A program made the position numbers and the translations under genes. Source: Hypanus sabinus (Eukaryota). Taken from it: a DNA stretch of 64,000 nucleotides. Under the pieces are notes generated by a model. It made no database searches. It worked only from the letters and a program-made list of their open reading frames with translations, and was not told the origin of the DNA. The stretch is from positions 47,554,001-47,618,000 of the forward strand of contig NC_082713.1 of the NCBI RefSeq assembly GCF_030144855.1. The letters are read 5' to 3'. Positions 50,599-63,429 of the stretch are shown here, piece after piece (the stretch's first letter is position 1; each line of letters starts with the position of its first letter).

Positions 50599-52694
50599 AT
50601 GGAAAAGCTTTGTTTACAAATGGTTAGCTGTAAAGATCCTACAGAAAGCAGCCCCAGGAATATTAGTGCTTTTTGCAAACAGGTTACTTGTAGTTTTCAA
50701 CTTTCTCAAACATTTTTCACCCAACCTGTATGTTGTGAGTTTATCCTGGAATCCAACTTCAGCTATTACTGTATCTCCGCCCTCCTAAGAAATCTTAACT
50801 GTAAACACAAAGTAGAACAAGTTCTGACTTATGCCCAACTTGTATACAACGATAATATCTTTTACATTACATGTGTGATTTTTGTAGACAGAAATCCAAG
50901 CCAAACAAGGCAAAACCAGCTCACTTTTAGATATAATTTTAACTTATAATGTAATTGAGCCATGTCTGACATTGAGATAGTTATTTGATATTCTGCCTTG
51001 GGATCAAAATTAAATCAACAGATCTTGTTTTTCAGGTTACTATGTGCCTTTCGGTCAGTCAAAAACTGATTCTCTTTCTTCAACTTTAGTTACAGTTAAG
51101 GAATTGTGATACAAAGTATTTACATAAAAATACTTAAGTAATCTTTTCCTGAGATTTGTATTTATTGCCCGTAAATCTCTGGAGTCATATCTTTGATTCT
51201 TAAGGACTCTGTATTAATGGTATTGTTATTCAGGACTTCTGCAGAAAAGATTTTGCTGTAGTCATTTAAAATGATGTCATCGGTTGGACAATCTTTGTGG
51301 TTGTTGGGTCAAAATGAATGATTAACCTCCCAACCTCGCCTTCACCCCCAATTGGAGTTTGTATGTGAGTTATTTATGCAGGATACAAAACATAAATTGG
51401 AATTCTTAGAAGATAATGAACTAACACTTTGAAAGTCGCTGGAAACATTGTCTTCAGTTATTGGTCAGTTCTATTATTCAGATCTAATCACAAGACCATA
51501 AAATACATTATTCAGATGTAGTAATGGATATGAATCCCAGGTTTTGGCATGTCTTAATCTCAGTAATGCTCTTGATGGAAAAGGTAATTTCCTCCCACCT
51601 GACATCCTTTCGTAAGGATAATTACAACAGTACAACTGTTTTAAAATACAGTAATTTACACTAAGTCTAGCAACTCCAAAATACTTGTTACTTTGCATTG
51701 AAGTTCTTGAGCTTTTCATTATTAGTAATGAGGCAGCACAGGATTTTTGTCCTATTCAGATATACCACTGATACACATTCAAACTGTCTTGTAAATTGTG
51801 GCAGGAGGTACGGCAAAAAAAAAATAGGAGGGAAAAAGTAACGTTCAATGTAAAAATTCCATAATGTAAGAATTGTATATATTGCATGGTAAATAAATTC
51901 ATGGCTGTTATTTGACTTTGGAAATCAACTACAATTTCTAAAATCATTGTGCCATTTGATTGTAGATTCACCCTATGTCCTTTAGTTAATAGATACTTAT
52001 TCACAAGTGTGAAATAATTAAAAAATTGTCTAAAATTAACCCTTTTCCACTATGCCATCTGTTCTTCCTCCTGAGATAAATAACTAGTTATTCTTTGAAT
52101 CCTGTAAACAGTATTCCATTCAAAACCAGTTGTATTTCTATGAGTGACATTCACGTGTATGGAAATCTTAAGACTTACCGAATAACAGATGATGATGTTG
52201 TATTTCTAGATCATATATATAGTCTACTGACTGAGCTCAGTCTTGCCAGGGTTTTCAGTATTACACTGTGGAAATTATTACTCAGTTTTATACTATTTGT
52301 TAACACTGTTGGATTGATGTTGATATTTGAAATGTTACAGATATTCATGCTATTAAATGTATTACAGCTTTGCCATTAGATGAAACTTCATTCCCTTCTT
52401 TGCTTTCTGTCTATTATCGACTCTGGGAGTGGAGATCACTGCTGTATTAAGCTACTTGGATCCAGGGCACAGAGAGCTAACAAGATTGGGCGCTTCACAT
52501 TCCACCCACATACAGTAAGTGCAGGCATGGTGCATCTCTAATCAGTGGGTCAACTCATTGATTTGGATAAAAAACAATAAAATTAGTTCTGAACATTCTA
52601 CAAATGCTAGTCTTTTAAGTGTAAGGGCAAGACTTTAGAATGGTGAGTTGTAATTTTAATAACAATCCATGAGATTTAAAGTGGATGAAAATCA

Positions 52695-52815
52695 AAACTG
52701 CAAACACTGGAAATGTGAAATAACAAAAACTGAAGTGTTAAAACCCTCAGTAGTAAGCAACATTTGTGAAAAGAAAAGCCTGAAACATTAACTTTGCTGT
52801 TTCCAGCATTTTGTC
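52695..52815. mobile_element. Highly degenerate Penelope pLTR fold-back fragment
   Basis: AACTGCAAACACTGGAAA...CCTGAAACATTAAC..TTCCAGCATTTTG. Confidence 0.5.
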
Positions 52816-53469
52816 TCTTTTATTATTCTGTAGTAATGATTAGATTGATCTATTCAACGAATATAAGTAACAGCCAAGTGTTTCAAATTTTGAGAAAAGT
52901 TGAGAAATAGAGCTCCAACAGTTAATTTTTCATTAAACATCAACCAGTGCATTTTAACTTCTACACTCAAGTTACCAAGTTTCAAATGACACTTCTGCCA
53001 CACAATTGTATGAACACAAACATGAATTAGAAGCAGGCAAAGGTCATTCGTTTCTGTGTGTCTGCTCTAGATTAAATGACAGTAACTAATTTTACGTCTT
53101 ACCATATTTTTCTTGCACGAACCCTATTTCCTCTGATTTGGTGTACATTTAAACGTCTATTCATACCTTGAATATACTGAATAACAAACTTCAAAGCCTT
53201 CTGGTACAGAATGACAAAGATTTATAAATATTGGGGTGAAGAAATGTTTTTGTCCGCACGGGGCTTTTATCATAAGCCTTCCTCGACAACGTCGACAACA
53301 CTGCCCTCATCAATACATTTGTTTCTTTAAAGAGTTGAAATTGATCAGGTAGCATTTTTTCCCCAATGAAGTCACGCTATTTTTGAGTAATCCTACCCTC
53401 GGAATGCAGATTCCCCAATCCCACTTCCTAACTGACGTTACCAGCTCACAATGACATGCCTTTCCTGAA

Positions 53470-53725
53470 TAAAGCCCTCACGTTTGCCGTCCACCGAGGC
53501 ATCTAGCTGTGGCGGTGGAAGGTCTCCCCGAAGCCCAACCCCGCACGTCGCCGTCGAGGACGAGGCCCTGCGGGCTGAGGGCGAGTGCACGAATGGCCAT
53601 GTTGTGCGGCGCCGCAGCCAATCAGCGGCGAGCCGCCCGCCCTCCCGCCCTCCGCGATGTACGGCGGTCGCCGCCGTTGACAACACTGCGCCCTCACCTG
53701 GGAAACGAAGGATCCTTGATCAAAC
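53470..53725 (+). promoter_or_regulatory. CpG-island promoter/5'UTR of the MORC gene
   Basis: High CpG density; AGCCAATCAG CCAAT box at 53618; GC boxes CCGCCC from 53633. Confidence 0.8.
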
Positions 53726-53764
53726 ATGGCGAGGTTAAGTGAGCATGGGATTCGCCTCAGTGCG
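53726..53764 (+). CDS. MORC4: MORC3/4-family CW-type zinc finger GHKL ATPase, exon 1
   Basis: aaacATGg Kozak; MARLSEHGIRLSA|gtaagc, matching the GIRLS motif of MORC3/4; symbol assigned by adjacency to RBM41. Confidence 0.85.
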
Positions 53765-53863
53765 GTAAGCTTTAAAATTCCGAAAACAAGCCGGGGAAAT
53801 GCACTCCAGCCCTGCTGCAAAGCCGCCGAAATGATGCTGACAGTGTTTTATTTTGCTCTTCAG

Positions 53864-53936
53864 ATGAGCCCTACCTACTTACACACAAACTCGACCAGCC
53901 ACACCTGGCCTTTCAGCGCAATCGCCGAGCTCATAG
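53864..53936 (+). CDS. MORC4: MORC3/4-family exon 2 (start of GHKL motif I)
   Basis: cttcag|MSPTYLHTNSTSHTWPFSAIAELI G|gtaagt; 73 nt; the next exon (DNAxDP...) was not found, so the gene presumably continues beyond the window. Confidence 0.9.
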
Positions 53937-54099
53937 GTAAGTGGCACAGACGCACGTCAGTCTTATTTCTTAATATGTCGTCGCGGGTCCCCGATACCGC
54001 AGGGCAACGTGGCCGGAGTTTATCATGCTTACATTTTACATTTAATTATTTAATTTGGTTCAAACGCTCAACTGCATTGACAACCAAACTTGCAAAGGG

Positions 54100-55085
54100 G
54101 CGCGTGATCAGCTCGTCGACTGACGGCTGCTCGGGCCAATCGGGTGGCGGAACTGCATGTTTAGGGGTGGATTGGTGAAGGAAATTTCTGAAGGATGTGA
54201 AGTTCAGCCGATTAACGAGCTGGCGGAGGGATGGGCGGGCAGTAGGCACTGAAAATGTTTGATTAACATTGGTGGCAGCCAATGAAATTTAAACTAACCG
54301 CCAATGGCGCACGCGAGTGGATCTGATGCTGTGGAGCTCGAGCGGGACCAAGTGACAGTCTCCAATTGGTGAGGGAGGAAGGCGGGGAGAAGGGTCAGCA
54401 GGTTCGGTTGAGCTCTGAGCGGATGATCTGCGACGTTTAGCAGCAATTTGCGGGAGGGGAAAAAGGCCGCTGCCGGCGGCGGATGGATAATGGGAGTAAT
54501 TGGCGTCTGTTGGGTCCTTTCCTGTCCCTTGCCTGCCGTCTTGCCCCGTTATTAAATGTGTTTGTTGTTCTCACCCAATCACAGTGTGCAACGGAATCAC
54601 AACAAACCCCGCGTGACAATGGGAGTGAGCCTGGGGCTTCCGGGTTCGGGAGTTGCGTGTGAACATGCGGGCCAACATGATTGGGCAAATGCGGGCACGG
54701 TGTGATGCAAGGGTGGGCGGAACCAAGCGGGCGGGATTCCAAAGGAAAAATGTGCAAATTAGCGAAACTTTGAATTTAGGGTATATGTTAACTCTGTCCC
54801 TTTGCTATCTTTTAATCTGCCTAGCAGTCTCGTTAGCTGCTCTATTGGAACTTTGTGAAGAGATCAGTGGAGCGTCGTGTTAAGTGCGGGTAGATTAGAG
54901 TACGACATTTGCATTTATTGGCTGAGACATGGAGTTGTAAGGTTATATTGTAAATATACAGCACGCGAATTAAGCCACGGCTAGGGTTATCACGCACATA
55001 ACATGTCTGAAGCATAACAGGGAAGTAAGTGTTATGGCGAATGACAGCCGGAAGTATCAGTCGAATTTAAAATAGGCGGGGCTTA
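54100..55085. promoter_or_regulatory. CpG-rich CCAAT/E2F/CHR motif cluster in MORC intron 2 (putative second promoter or enhancer)
   Basis: About 10 CCAAT/ATTGG boxes at 54136-54921; GCGGGA sites; TAGCG-N4-TTTGAA ending 54774; CCGGAAGT at 55048; GGCGGGGC at 55075. Confidence 0.55.
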
Positions 55086-56789
55086 TAGGACAGTACAAGT
55101 TAAGGATAAGGAATCGACTTTTGGAGCATTCTTTCTCGTTCGATAAGTTCATGGCTGTTCTGACTGTAACCACAGCTCTCAGATTCCTGCTCATGTCAGT
55201 TAACTTCCGTGCTTATCAGTTGCCTTTAAATATTCAAAAATGCTGCATTCACCGCCCTTTCAGAAAAGATTCCAAAGCAAATGACGCTCGGAGGGGGAGG
55301 AACACTTGCCTTAACCTTTGAACTGTGATCCCCAGTTCTCGAAATCTATGCAATCTCGAAAACTATACCCTACTGAGATTCCTCAGGATCTTGGGTGTTC
55401 AAATCAAGTTGTCTTGTCACTCCAGTGGAAGTCTTTGCTGAATAATCGTAATCAGTGTCCTGTGATTATGATGTTAATATGAGTTTTCCAAAACCCTTTA
55501 ATTTTGAATACGTTTATTGAATCCCTGTTTAACAATTTGATGTAGGATCTAATCCTGTACAACATTCACAACTTCTCCAGTCTCTCTGTAATTGAAATGC
55601 CTGCATAACAAAATGCCCTTCAAAAATTTTTTATGTGAATGGCTAAATCTGTCTTCTTTAAGATTGTACTTTATTGATTAATGCAACTTTCATGTCATTT
55701 TAAGTTAACAACAATAAATCTGATTCTGATATTTACTCTTTTCAAGCTTGCACCCTGACTTAAGTTTCACATTTATGTGTATCCAGTTTTATTTGTCTAT
55801 TTCATTTGCCTTGTTAGTCCTTTTTTTCCTCATTGTTTTCTACATTTCCAAGTCTTTAGTTTTGGACCTGCAAACTTGAAAATGTTGTATTTTGCATCAA
55901 ACTGAGGTCACCTAGTCCAAAAAAGAGAAGTGCTGTGCCTGGGATATATCACCATTTGCATTCCTTCCAACTGATAATCAAACATTCTTCTCTTTCAGCA
56001 ATGCAGCAGCTGCTGCTTTAATCCCAGGGACTTCAATTTTCTAAACATCCTTTTATAAAAAGCCCATTGAAAGTTCATTTATTTAAGTGCTCCATTTTCA
56101 TCAATTGTTATATACTTAGAATTTTTTTAAAGAAACAAGATTATCTAGGTTCATGCTCAATATCATTTATTAACATGTGGCAGTTTTACTTTGGATAATG
56201 ATCTCTTGAAGTTCGTGCACTAATTACTAGCCTCCAGTAAGAAAGTTTGTCACTTATTCACCACTTTTATTCCGAACTGGCCGTTAACATATGATCAAAG
56301 CATTTTTCATCCACTGTTGTGGATAATTGAAGTGCTGACTCTAACAAAACCAAGTAATGATAGCAACTCCATGACTGTATTTAGCTGAATGATCCACTAT
56401 GACCACTGAAGTGGCATGTGGTCCTTATTAAAGTGCAATTTACAGAAGAAAAACAATGAAACAACCACTTAGCATAGCAGGGCCAGTTGGAGGAAATCAC
56501 ATGAAAGTAATACCAGGTTCATTTCAGGATGATGAATTGAAACAATGGATCTGTCTCTTCTCCAGGTAGTAATATAGAGACAACTGAGAAAATCTATAAT
56601 ACTTAGTGAATGATCATGATTGCTATTTTGTTGTGAGCTGAACTATACTGGATCACAATCCATACTGATACAGATAAAAATTCACATGAATTTCAACACT
56701 TAGAGTCTGATTTTACCACTGTATTAAAAAAAAACCGAGGCTTAGGGACTTGTGTGTAAATAAAAAGTATGCATTGATGAATAGGTGAC

Positions 56790-56981
56790 TGTGGTAAACT
56801 ATGTATACCTGTCGACATGTCCTTCTGCTGACTGCTCCTGTGGCTCCTCCCACAGACCCCTGTATAAAGGCGACTGGGGCACTACTCCTCACTCAGTCTT
56901 CGAGATGTCGTGCTCCCTTTTTGCTGTTAGTAAAAGCCTATCGTTCGCTTCCAGTCTCCTGGAGTTATTGATGGTGCATCA
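56790..56981 (+). mobile_element. Solo LTR with 5-bp TSD GTGAC in MORC intron 2
   Basis: TGTGGTAAAC...GGTGCATCA; TATAAA at 56863; AGTAAA at 56929; GTGAC at 56785 and 56982. Confidence 0.9.
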
Positions 56982-57079
56982 GTGACCCATGCTGTTGATG
57001 TTATAATTCATGAGAAATTACATTCTAATGCACTTAGCAAATAGTGCCAAGACTAAGGAGATGTCTTCATAGTTGTGGT

Positions 57080-57420
57080 GGGATCAGAATAATATTTATT
57101 GTCATTGTTTTTTCTGGCAGCAGTATTGTACAAAAACAAAATAAATACTCTTTATTTTGTTATAAAATAAACAGTGCAAAAAATAACAAAGTAGTGTCCA
57201 AAGGTTCATGGACACTTCAGAAATCTGAAGGATGGAGGGCAAGAAGCTGTTCCTAAATCAGTGAGTGTGGTTTTTCAGGTTCCTGTATCTCCTCCCTGAT
57301 TGTAGTAATGAGAAGAGGACCTGTCGTGATGGTGAGGGTCCTTACGTGATAGATTCCACCTTCCTGAGGCACTGTCTCTTGAAGACATCCTCAATGGCGG
57401 GGTGGGTTATGTTCCTGAAG
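57080..57420 (-). mobile_element. Rex1-type 3' fragment
   Basis: Similar to other Rex1 3' ends (AAGAAGCTGTTCCTAAATC). Confidence 0.65.
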
Positions 57421-58775
57421 TAGAAGGGAATAGATGCAGTTGTCATAGTGCATGCTGAAATAAGTGATATTGAAAGGATTACAATAAAGATTACTGCTAA
57501 AGGAGTGTGAGGAGCTCGGATTCAAATTTATAAATAAGAACTACATAAGAGAGTTGAATATGTGGTTCAGATATTGATGTATAGAAATGGTTTTCAATTC
57601 ATGGAGCACTTGCATCAATATTCTGTTGGGAGAAGCTTCACTTGAACTAAACTAGGCTAATATCTTAAATCATGGATTAGAGATAAGATACTGTGGAAAG
57701 CGTGAGAAAAATTTTGTATTGTGTAAAAACAATTTTAAGCAACATGAGAATTCTTTTCTTTTCAGCAATTGGACTATTTTTTGCTGTCTCCGTCTTTTTC
57801 TAACATATTAAATCATTTAATTTCTTAAATAACTGACTTTTAGTTAAGGCAAATAGTGCAGGTTACTGCACATTAACAGCTCCTTACATTTTGCTGCATT
57901 TGCGAGATTAACTTTGATTCTCATAATACAATGAAGAATGTGAAAAACTGATGTGTTTCTTCTGAAAGCCAATTTATCAGCTGGAGGAATACTAAATATA
58001 ATAGAAAGTACACACTGAAAATGCTGGAACTATTGATGAGGTCAGGTAATTCCTGACATACCAGAAGTGGGGGGAAAACAGCTAAAATTTACCATGTTTT
58101 CTGTGTAATAATGAAGAGCTTTCTAGATTGTTGTATGCAGCATTGTAGCCCTTTATCTTTCTGAAGTAGTGCCCAAGGACACATCATCAGTGATCCTTAT
58201 GGGAACCTCTTTGTCCATAGTCTCAACATAAGTAAAATTGACATTTCTGAGAAAAAGTACATCAAATAACTCTTAGAATAATTATTTTAGTGTTTAGTGA
58301 AGTCCCCTGAACTTCTCTTAAAAATCAATCACAAAAGTTGTTATTTTGATTTTTAATATAATAAAATATCTTAAGTTAGTTCATATCAGAATAATCAAAT
58401 AAAGCTTGACACCAAGTCTCAACATGATACAAAGCTGGGTAACAAGAATTTTGATCAAAGATGTAGGTTTTGAGCAAAGTTTTGAATGAGGAAGCAGTTT
58501 AGTTGTAGAATTTTAGAGTGTATGTACTTGAGGTTGCCAATGGTGAAAAATTAAAGGATTAAAATTTAAAGATTAAACTTTAAGTATCATTTAAAGATTA
58601 ATTTAAGTATTAACTTTTAAGGATTAAATTCAAGGCAAGTATTATTGGAGGAAAGATTTTGGGGATTTGGAGACAAATGAGGACAGGTGAAGCTATGGAG
58701 AGAGATATAAAGGAGGGTGAGGATTTTAACAGAAAGCTATTATTTAACAGGATCTTATGCTAGTCAGCAAACACG

Positions 58776-59365
58776 TAGAACCATAGAATGTACAGCACAG
58801 TACAGGCCCTTCAGCCCTCCTTGTTGTGCCAACCCATATAATCCTTAAAAAAAGTGCTAAACCCACACTACCCCATAACCCTCCATTTTTCTTTCATCCA
58901 TGTGCCTGTCGAAGAGGCTCTTAAATACCCCTAATGTTTTAGCCTTCACCACCATCCTTGGCAGGTCATTCCAGGCACTCACAACCCTCTATGTAAAAAA
59001 AAAATCTTACCCCTGGTGTCTCCCCTAAACTTCCCTTCCTTAATTTTGTACATATGCCCTCTGGTATTTGCTATTGGTACCCTGGGAAACAGGTACTGAC
59101 TATCCACCCTATCTATCCCTCTCACAATCTTGTAGACCTCTGTCAAGTCCCCTCTCATTCTTCTGCACTCCAAAGAGAAAAGTCCCAGCTCTGCTAACCT
59201 TGCTTCATATGACTTGTTCTCCAATCCAGGCAACATCCTGGTAGATCACCTTTGCACCCTCTCCAAAGCTTCCACATCTTTCCTATAATGAGGTGACCAG
59301 AATTGAACACAATACTCTGTGTGGTCTCACCAGAGATTTGTAGAATTGCAACATGACCATACAAA
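58776..59365 (-). mobile_element. CR1 LINE 3' end
   Basis: MLPGLENKSYEARLAELGLFSLE..RGDLTEVYK; CR1 tail. Confidence 0.88.
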
Positions 59366-59509
59366 TTTCCTAATTTGTATCGTGTAATGATATAAATTAG
59401 GAAAATGACAGCAGAGTTTCCCATAAATACAGGTTCACAGAAGTAGGGTAGGGTGCAGAAAGGAGTGAGTTGGATAGGGATTCCATATGTAGAACTACAG
59501 CATAACCAA

Positions 59510-61800
59510 AGAATCAGAATTGGGTTTAATATCACTGACATATATCATGAAATTTGTTGTTCTGCGGCAGTAAATTGCAGTACATAATAAGTAAACTAAA
59601 TTATAGTAAGTATATGTGTATCTATATATTTTAATTATAATATGTTAACTTAAATAAATAGTGCAGAAAGAGAAAGAAAAGTAGTGAGGTAGTGTTCATG
59701 AGTTCAGTGTCCATTCAGAATTCTAATGGTTGGCAGGAAGAAGCTATTCCTGAATCATTGATTTTGTGTATTCGGGCTCCATCACTCCTAATCCATTTCA
59801 TTAGGAGTTTGAAGAAATTTGGTTTGCCACCTAAAATACTTGAAAACTTACATAGATGTACCATAGAGAGCATTCTGACAGGTTGCATCACTTGTCTGGT
59901 ATGGAGGCGGCTTCTGCACAAGACCAAAAGAGGCTACAGAAAGCCTCCATAGTATCCAAGGCATCTTCAAGGAGCGGTGCCTCAGAAAGGCGGTGTCCAT
60001 TATTAAGGACCCCCATCTTCCAGGGTATGCCGTCTTCTCATTGTTACCGTGAGGAAGGAGATACAGAAACCTAAAGGCACACACTCAGCAATTCAGGAAC
60101 AGTTTCTTCTCCTCTACCATACGATTCCTAAATGGGCATTGAACCCGTGAACACTACCTCACCTTTTAAAATATATATTTCTGTTTTTGGACTATTTTGA
60201 ATCTGTTTAATATATGTATATACTTACTATAATGGATTTATTTATTTATTTTCTTTCTATTTTATTATGGGTTGCATTGAACTGCTGCCGCTAAGCTAAC
60301 AAATTTCACAGTGCATGCCAGCGATAATAACCCTGATTGATTCCTGTAACTCTCTCTTGATGTATCTATCTGAAGAAGGATATCCTGGGTGATGGGAGTC
60401 CTAAATGATGGATGCCAGCTTTTTGAGGCATTGCTTCTTGAAGATGTCGAGGATGCTGAGGATGCTATTCCTCCTTATGGAGCTGACTGAGTTTTCAACT
60501 CTGCAGTTTATTTTGAATCTGTGTAGAGCTCCCCCCCTCCCCCCCAAACTAGATGGTGACACAACCAGCTAGAATGTATTAGTAGTAGTATTGTCCAATA
60601 TTAAACTTCGGTTAGGCTGCATCTCTGGCTGCCCAAGACAAGAAGGTTGTGGAGACTTTGGGGAGAATTCAGAAGTGGTTTACCAGGATGCTGTCTGGAT
60701 TAGTGGGTATTAGCTATAAGGCAAAGTTGGACAACTTGATTGTTTCCTCTAGAGCATCAGAAGCTGATGGGAGAATTAATAGGAGTTTGTAAAATTATAA
60801 GATGTATTTTGAGAGTAGACAATTATAATCTTTTTCCCAGGGTAGATATGTCAAATACTGGTGTCCATAGCTTTAAGGTAAGGGTGGGAGGGGATGTGAA
60901 GATTTTAAAGGAGATGTGGATGGCAATTTTTTTTACACAGAAAATGACAAGTGCCTGGACGACATTGCCTAAGCTGATAGTGGAAAAAGCTACAATCATG
61001 GCGATCATGAGGCACATCAGTGTGCAGGGAATCAAGGGCTGTGGCTCATGGACTTGTGCAAACAGAAGGTATATGTTTAATTAAAAGTTGGTGGAGACAT
61101 GCTACATTTCTTTAGCCTCCTGAGGAAGTGAAGATGTTGGCGAGCTTTCTAGGCCATGGCATCTATGTGGTTGGCCCAAGACAGGCTATTGGTAACATTC
61201 ACTCTCAACCTCAATACAATTGATATAGGCAGGAGCATGTACATTGACCCCCTTCACGAATCAATGGTCAGTTATTTAGTATTGCTGACACTGAGGGAAA
61301 GTTTGTTGTCATGACACCATGTTACTAAGTTCTCTATTTCCTCCTTGTACTTCCTGTACTTAGACTCATCGTTATTTTAAATATCGTCCACTACAGTGGT
61401 ATCTGCAGACTTGTAGCAGAGTAAGAGCAGAACCTGTTCATATAGTCATGAGTGCACAGAGAGTAGAGCAGGTGGTTAAGTATGCAACCTTGTGAAGCAC
61501 CAGTGTTTAAAATAATCATGGCAAAGGTAGTTATCAACTCCCAGGGTTTCAAGGTTGATGATGAGTTTGCTGGAATTATAGTGTTGAATGCAGAGCTGTA
61601 GTCAATAAACAATAGTTTGACTAAGTAGTCTTACTGCCCAGATGCTCCAGAGATCACTGTAGGGTCAGGGAGATGGCATCTGCTGTAGACCTAAGTGGAT
61701 GGTATGTGAATTGCAGTGGGTTGAGATTGTATGGAAGGCTGGAGTTACTGAATGTTGTGACCAGTCTCGCAATGCACTTCATGATGGTGGCTGTCAGAGC
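59510..61800. mobile_element. Mosaic of Rex1 fragments (both strands) and a CR1 3' fragment (60590-61100, plus)
   Basis: RCTIESILTGCIT and [12 protein letters not shown] motifs; CR1 GELIGVCKII. Confidence 0.75.
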
Positions 61801-62784
61801 TAGTGTGTGTGGGGGGTGGGGGGTGTAGTTGTTACAACTAGAAACATCCCATCTGGCCTCTGGGGTATATTTCTATTCACTTATTTCTTAATTACTTTGA
61901 ATTTTATTTGTGACCATATTAGGAACTCTGGGTACCACCATAATGCCAGAAATCTGATTTAGAGGTTTTTGGGAATGATTTGGAAGGCAGGATTATGTTC
62001 CTGAATTTAAGGGAGCAAGGGGAAATTGAACTTGTGATAGTATTTACAAAGTTCATGAGTTTTGTTCTTGTTGTGAACATCAATGAAGATTGGAAAGGGC
62101 ACGGTATCTGAGCTCAGAAACTCAATAATATCAACTAATTGGGGTGCTGGGTTGGCAAAATTTGTGTTTAGCAAATTTAAGGAATCAAGCATTGTGTCTA
62201 TTTGGCAAAACAATCTACTGATCATGAGGGAAATTTTGTTGAATGCAGGACCAAAGACTAGATGGTTGAGATTTTGAATGTGCAGTTCCAATGAATTGGG
62301 AGAGAGCTTCTGCCTGAAGCAGATATGGGGAAAAAATGGTATCAGACAAGATGAAAGTGAGATGTTGCCAAGCAAAGTGAGACGTGATTGGGGATGTTTT
62401 TATTCTCTTTTAAAATGCATATAATTGAATTAACATTCATATACATGGAGAGTAAAAAATTTTTGTTATGTCTCCATCTGAATGTGCAATTTATAGTAAT
62501 GTATTATAAGTGGTATATATAACAGAACAGAAACAGAAATACAGTTGTGTCAGCATGAATTAATCAGTTTGATGGCCTGATGGAAGAAGCTGTCTCAGAG
62601 CCTGTTGGCCCTTGCGTTTTTGCTGGGTTACCATTTCCCAGATGGTAGCAGCTGGAACAGTATGTGGTCCCCAATGATCCTTCGGGCCCCATTTACACAC
62701 CTGTCTTTGTAAATGTTCTGAATAGTGGGAAGCTCACATACACAAATGTGCTGGGCTGTCTGCACCACTCTGTAGAGCCAGTCA

Positions 62785-63084
62785 CAGACATCCCACCCTG
62801 CAAAAACTCATTTCAGGGAGGTAGCGCCATCAGTTTGTGGGAGACTCCTGAGAGAGGTGGGATGTCTGCAATAGAGTGGCTCCTTACCAGCTAGCCAGCT
62901 ACTTTAGATAATGTTAGCTATGCTAATGAACGAATAATGCCTGTTAAACTCACCTCTCCCACTCCCCCGCTTTCGCTCTCCCAAAAATCGATTTCCAGGA
63001 TATTGTATATCATTTGTGGGTGTCAGGGAGCCACTATCAATTTGCAGGAGACTCCCGGAACTACTGGGAGAGGTGGGATGTCTG
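62785..63084. mobile_element. Non-autonomous DNA transposon with 6-bp TSD, inserted in a Rex1 fragment
   Basis: TIR CAGACATCCCACC / GGTGGGATGTCTG; CAGTCA at 62779-62784 and 63085-63090. Confidence 0.8.
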
Positions 63085-63429
63085 CAGTCAGGATACTCTC
63101 AATTGTGCCCCTATAATTGGAGTATAGTGGCGAATTTTCTGATAACCAAGTAATTGCAAATGCTGGAGTTCTCAAATAAAACCAGAAAATCCACGAAACA
63201 CTGGCCCTCAACTTTTCAGGTCATTAAAATTCAGGTTGCTGTTCATTTAGTGGCATGATTAAAAGTTAAAGACACAATTAACAATGTGTAACTGCTATTT
63301 CTTGGGCTCATACAAAACATGATAACCTCAGTGTTCTTTCAGCCAATTTCTTACTCTGCTTACACTTTACACAGTTATCTCTGATTCTTTTTCTAGATCT
63401 TTCTGTTTGCATCTCAAGAAGTAGGTTAG

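Noticed and set aside
54304-54368. ATG-initiated candidate alternative coding first exon for MORC
   Set aside because: Ends in phase 2 whereas MORC exon 3 requires phase 1; kept only as a possible non-coding exon
53438-54883. Several GC-rich ORFs on both strands, including the 150-aa ORF at 53726-54178
   Set aside because: CpG-island artefacts; only the two MORC exons have recognisable protein similarity and splice sites
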